61,316 bases of DNA from a virus. Its lineage: Duplodnaviria > Caudoviricetes. The notes below the pieces were generated by a model. The model saw only the letters and a program-made list of their open reading frames with translations, made no database searches and had not been told where the DNA came from. Where the stretch lies: the IMG/VR virus record IMGVR_UViG_3300050119_000050, positions 1 to 61,316 of that record, one strand, 5' to 3'. The position numbers and the translations under genes were made by a program. Below, in pieces: positions 57,349-61,316 of the stretch; position 1 is the stretch's first letter, and each line of letters starts with the position of its first letter.

Positions 57349-58167
57349 ATGAGCGGTGATGCAGAGTTAGACGATATGCTTGCGCTGCCCAGCGACGAGC
57401 TAGTGCCAGAAGAGACCCTAGTTTCAGCGGCCCCGAAATCGCGCCCCATGGGCGAGGCGAGCCGGGCCCTGCTAGAGCGGTCCCGCAGTTTTCCGGTCAA
57501 CCGGGCTGCGAAAAAGAACACCCCCGAACGATTGCGCCGACTGCTCGACTACATCGCCGAACTGCCCGTCACCAGTGACGCGTGCGTTCGCGCAAACATC
57601 AGCACGTCCACCCTCAAATACTGGCTGCAGAAATCTCTCGAAGGCAAATTGGGAGATGGCTTCGACATCCCCATGGGCGAGAACGACGAGAACGGCACCG
57701 ACGAAAACTTCATCCGCTTTCACGACGCGTGGGAGGCCGCGATGGAGTGCGGCGTGGGCCTCGTCGAGAAGTCAGTGCTGCAGCGTGCCACCGGCTACAG
57801 CGAGCCGCTGACGTATCAGGGCCGCGTGCAGTATCGCTTCGATCCTGAGTTGCTTGCTGCCGCTCGCGCGGACGGCAAGCCCGAGTATGTCCCGGAGAAC
57901 TATCTGCTCGACCGCTTCGGCTCGCCCGTCCCGGAGAGCGTATGGAAGATGGACCCGGACCTCGCGATGTTCATCTTGAAGACGCGCAAGCCGCTCGTCT
58001 ACGGCGCGAAGGCGACGCTGGACGTCAACGTGCGCGGCGGTGTGCTGGTCGTGCCGATGCGCGCCCTCGCGCCCGAAGACCTCAACGTGATCGAACAGCA
58101 GGACCGGGCTCGCGGCCGGAAGACCATCACGTTCGATGAGGGCGATGAGGACGCGACCGATGTTTGA
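57349..58167 (+). CDS. Probable terminase small subunit
   Basis: HTH-like DACVRANISTSTLKYW; LQRATGY; LAMFILKTRKP.VYG; directly upstream of terL. Confidence 0.7.
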   Translation: MSGDAELDDMLALPSDELVPEETLVSAAPKSRPMGEASRALLERSRSFPVNRAAKKNTPERLRRLLDYIAELPVTSDACVRANISTSTLKYWLQKSLEGKLGDGFDIPMGENDENGTDENFIRFHDAWEAAMECGVGLVEKSVLQRATGYSEPLTYQGRVQYRFDPELLAAARADGKPEYVPENYLLDRFGSPVPESVWKMDPDLAMFILKTRKPLVYGAKATLDVNVRGGVLVVPMRALAPEDLNVIEQQDRARGRKTITFDEGDEDATDV

Positions 58168-59794
58168 GATCACCGGCCTAGTTGAACAGTTCAAGCTGAT
58201 CCGGGGCGAGTACGTCCCGTTCATCAAGGACGCCACTGGTAAGCTCATGGCGGTTGCGTGGGCACCGCAGCCGGGATCGCAGGGCTACTTCCTCGCGGAC
58301 ACCACGTTCGAAGTTCTCTATGAGGGCACGCGCGGCCCCGGCAAAACCGATGCGCTCATCATGGACTTCTGTCAAGACGTCGGCAAGGGATACGGCGCGG
58401 AGTGGCGTGGCATCATTTTCCGCCGCACGCATCCGCAGTTGAAAGACATCATCGAGAAGTCGAAGAAGTGGATCAAGCGCATCTGGCCCGATGCGACTTA
58501 CAACGAGGGCAAGACATTCTGGGAATGGCCGTCAGGCGAGCGCCTGTACTTCGGCCACTTCGACGTCCGCAACGACTACAACAACTATCACGGCCACGCC
58601 TATCCGTGGATCGGCTGGGAAGAGTTGACGAACTGGCCCGCCGACGATTGCTACAAGAGCATGTTCTCTTGCTCGCGTTCGACGGTGAAGGGCATGCCGC
58701 GCAAAATCCGCGCGACCACAAACCCCTATGGCGTTGGACACAACTGGGTCAAGCTGCGGTTCAAGCTGCCGATCAATGGCGAGTTGGGACCGGATGGATC
58801 GAAGCCGACAGTCGGTCCGATCATCCCCGGCGACAAGGACGCGCTCGGCAACCAGCAGCCGCCGCGTCGCGCGATCCACGGCTATCTCGACGAGAACCAA
58901 ATCCTCTTGCACTCGGACAAAGAGTACAAGGGAAAGATCGTCGCCGCCGCGCGCAACGCATCGGAGCTTGCTGCGTGGCTCGACGGATCGTGGGACATCG
59001 TCGCAGGCGGCATGTTCGACGATCTCTGGTATGAGTATCGCAACTCGGTCATCGTGCAGCCATTCGACATTCCGCCGGGCTGGAAAATTTATCGCGCCTA
59101 CGACCACGGCTCGTCGAAACCATTCTCGGTCGGCTGGTACTGCGTGAGCGACGGCACCGATCTCAAGCTGCCCGACTACACCGACCTGAAGACTGGCACC
59201 ATCATGAAGGGCGGCACGCGTGCGACCGTGCGCGGCGACCGCTTCCGCTTCAAGGAATGGTACGGCTGCCGTGCGGGCGCGGTGAACGAAGGCCTGCGCA
59301 TGCTCGTCACCGATATCGCGAGGGGCATCATCGAACGTGAAATTCTCTGGGGCTTGCGCGCTGCTGATGGATCGTGGACCCGTGTATCGCGCGGACCGGC
59401 CGACAGCGCCATCTTCGACGACAACACCAACGGCTCCGACATCTCCATCGCCACCGACTTCGAGAAGCCGGTCACGATCAATGGTGTCAAGCACAAGGGC
59501 GTTTTCTGGGAGCGCGCCGACAAGGGCCCGGGATCGCGCGAGCAGGGCTGGGAGCAGATACGCAAGAACTTCAAAGCGACCAAGCGTCCTCCCGGAGGCT
59601 TCCGTGAGACGCCCGGGCTGTTCGTGACCACCGACTGCGTTGAATGGCTTAGGTGCGTTCCGGTGCTGCCGCGCGATGACGAAAAGATCGACGACGTCGA
59701 CGATGACAGCGAAGATCACAGCGGCGATGAGACCCGGTATTTTCTCCGGTTCGATACGACCCCCATGATGAGGGCCAACCGGACCACTGCTTGA
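58160..59794 (+). CDS. terL: Terminase large subunit
   Basis: PQPGSQ, EGTRGPGKT Walker A, WEEL Walker B, ATTNP, YDHG, PADSA, EDHSGDETRY. Confidence 0.92.
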   Translation: MFEITGLVEQFKLIRGEYVPFIKDATGKLMAVAWAPQPGSQGYFLADTTFEVLYEGTRGPGKTDALIMDFCQDVGKGYGAEWRGIIFRRTHPQLKDIIEKSKKWIKRIWPDATYNEGKTFWEWPSGERLYFGHFDVRNDYNNYHGHAYPWIGWEELTNWPADDCYKSMFSCSRSTVKGMPRKIRATTNPYGVGHNWVKLRFKLPINGELGPDGSKPTVGPIIPGDKDALGNQQPPRRAIHGYLDENQILLHSDKEYKGKIVAAARNASELAAWLDGSWDIVAGGMFDDLWYEYRNSVIVQPFDIPPGWKIYRAYDHGSSKPFSVGWYCVSDGTDLKLPDYTDLKTGTIMKGGTRATVRGDRFRFKEWYGCRAGAVNEGLRMLVTDIARGIIEREILWGLRAADGSWTRVSRGPADSAIFDDNTNGSDISIATDFEKPVTINGVKHKGVFWERADKGPGSREQGWEQIRKNFKATKRPPGGFRETPGLFVTTDCVEWLRCVPVLPRDDEKIDDVDDDSEDHSGDETRYFLRFDTTPMMRANRTTA

Positions 59795-59819
59795 CATTAT
59801 GGTTAACGGCTGTTATAGG
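59791..59819 (+). promoter_or_regulatory. Portal promoter with a GGTTAAC half-site in the spacer
   Basis: TTGACA-17-TATAGG. Confidence 0.7.
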
Positions 59820-59845
59820 GGCCTCGCCCCCAGATAGGATCATCC

Positions 59846-61316
59846 ATGGCGCTTCCTGACAAACATCCCGAGTACGTCGAACGGCTCGGCGAGTGGATAC
59901 AGATGGTCGACACCTACGCGGGCGAGCGCGCGGTCAAATCGAAGCGTCTCGACTACCTTCCAGCGACCGAAGGCATGGTGATGGACGGCATGGTCACGCC
60001 ATCCTCGCCCGGCTGGAAAGATTACGAGGCGTATCTGCTTCGAGCCTACTTCCACGACGTTGTCAAGGACGCCGTGAAGGCCATGGTGGGCATCATGCAC
60101 AACAAGCCCGCCGTGATCAATCTCCCGGTGAAGCTCGCGGACATGATGACGAAGGCGACGAAGAAGGGCGAAACGCTGCAACAGTTGCTGCGCCGGATCA
60201 ACGTAGCGCAGCTTGTCATGGGCCGCTGCGGTTTGCTCGCGGAGGTCCCAGCGGGCCAGTCCATCGACATGGCGGTCCCATACATCACTTTCTACGACGC
60301 GATGCGCATCATCAACTGGGACGCGGGCGCGCTCAATGAGGGCGCGGAAGAGCTTGAACTCGTCGTGCTCGACGAGGGCGGCTATCGGCGCGAGGGCTTC
60401 ACATGGAAGACCGAACGCAAGTATCGCGTGCTCACGCGCGGCGGTCAGCCCGAACTCGACAGCGGCTGGGAACGCCCGCCGGTCGGTGCTCCCTACGCAG
60501 TCGCCACCAAGGTCAACGACACCTCGATGCCGACGCTGGCGGACTTCACTTATCCGTCCATCGGCGGTCGCACGCTCAATCAAATTCCGTTCGTCTTTGT
60601 CGGCGCGGATGATCTGGTCCCCGAGCCCGAGACCTCACCGCTGCTCGGCCTGTCCAACCTCGCGCTGGTGATCTATCGCGCCGAGGCGGACTATCGCCAG
60701 ACCCTGTACTTGCAGGGCCAGCAGACGCTGGTCATCATCGGTGGCGCGGTCGACGAAGCCGCGCCGGGCAAAATCCGGACCGGCAACAAAGGCGTCATCG
60801 ATCTGAAGATCGAAGGCGACGCGAAATATATTGGCGTCTCTGCGACCGGGCTCGGCGAAATGCGCCAGTCGCTGAAGCAGGATCAGGATGCTGCCGCTGC
60901 GCTCGGCGTCGCGTTCTTGGATGTCGGCAATGCTCGCGGCGAAGCCGGTGAAGCGCTCCGCATCCGCGTCGCCGCACGCACGACCACGATCTCATCCATC
61001 GCCCAGTGCGGCGGGGCCGCGCTTGAACAGGTTCTGAAGTTCTGTGCGGAGTTCGTCGGCGCTGATCCGGACGAAGTCTCGGTCAATCCGACCACGAACT
61101 TCGCCGACCAGACCGTCGCCGGGGCCGCGCTGCTCGCGTTTATGCAGGCCAAGCAACTCGGTTTGCCCTTGTCTCTCCGATCCATGCATCGTATGATGCA
61201 AATGAACGACATGACAGAAATGGACTTCGATGAAGAGAACGAACAGATCGAAGAAGAAGCCTCGTCCATGCTTGGAACGATGGTCGGACCGTTTCAAGAC
61301 ACGGTCACCGATGATA
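59846..61316 (+). CDS. Portal protein (DUF4055 type), 3'-truncated
   Basis: MALPDKHPEY...YAGERAVK...YLP...YEAYLLRA...IPFVFVG...PLLGLSNL; open to the window end; follows terL. Confidence 0.85.
   Translation, partial: MALPDKHPEYVERLGEWIQMVDTYAGERAVKSKRLDYLPATEGMVMDGMVTPSSPGWKDYEAYLLRAYFHDVVKDAVKAMVGIMHNKPAVINLPVKLADMMTKATKKGETLQQLLRRINVAQLVMGRCGLLAEVPAGQSIDMAVPYITFYDAMRIINWDAGALNEGAEELELVVLDEGGYRREGFTWKTERKYRVLTRGGQPELDSGWERPPVGAPYAVATKVNDTSMPTLADFTYPSIGGRTLNQIPFVFVGADDLVPEPETSPLLGLSNLALVIYRAEADYRQTLYLQGQQTLVIIGGAVDEAAPGKIRTGNKGVIDLKIEGDAKYIGVSATGLGEMRQSLKQDQDAAAALGVAFLDVGNARGEAGEALRIRVAARTTTISSIAQCGGAALEQVLKFCAEFVGADPDEVSVNPTTNFADQTVAGAALLAFMQAKQLGLPLSLRSMHRMMQMNDMTEMDFDEENEQIEEEASSMLGTMVGPFQDTVTDD

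Noticed and set aside
1-61316. Integrated prophage with att sites
   Set aside because: No integrase, repressor cassette or host genes were recognised, so lifestyle cannot be determined from this window.

Overview
The window is a GC-rich segment of a tailed dsDNA bacteriophage genome, most likely infecting an alphaproteobacterium, judging by its permuted two-piece tmRNA and the CtrA-like TTAA-N7-TTAAC boxes at its promoters. Layout, left to right: the end of a membrane/lysis-like cassette (1-1577); a long leftward block (1.7-32 kb) with nucleotide-metabolism enzymes, tRNA-Ala, an AAA-ATPase operon, SNF2-like helicase, HD hydrolase, family A DNA polymerase, DUF2815 SSB, DUF2800 nuclease and homing-type endonucleases; a rightward primase-polymerase/helicase; a two-piece tmRNA whose intervening segment carries a LAGLIDADG endonuclease; leftward small genes; an AT-rich palindromic non-coding divergence region (41.6-42.7 kb); rightward small genes with tRNA-Trp; a cluster of small proteins sharing an N-terminal KDxxGHGS motif; then small terminase, large terminase and a portal truncated by the window end. 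The most notable items are (i) the endonuclease-invaded permuted tmRNA, (ii) the GHGS-leader protein family beside the packaging genes, (iii) several candidate structured ncRNAs, three of which share CUAGYGAACC, (iv) a polymerase that apparently starts at AUA, (v) a shared RFSG(L/I)D(L/F) motif, and (vi) a CtrA-like regulon. At least four genes carry single-base indels in short homopolymers, which suggests sequencing error. All family assignments come from reading motifs by eye; no database searches were run.
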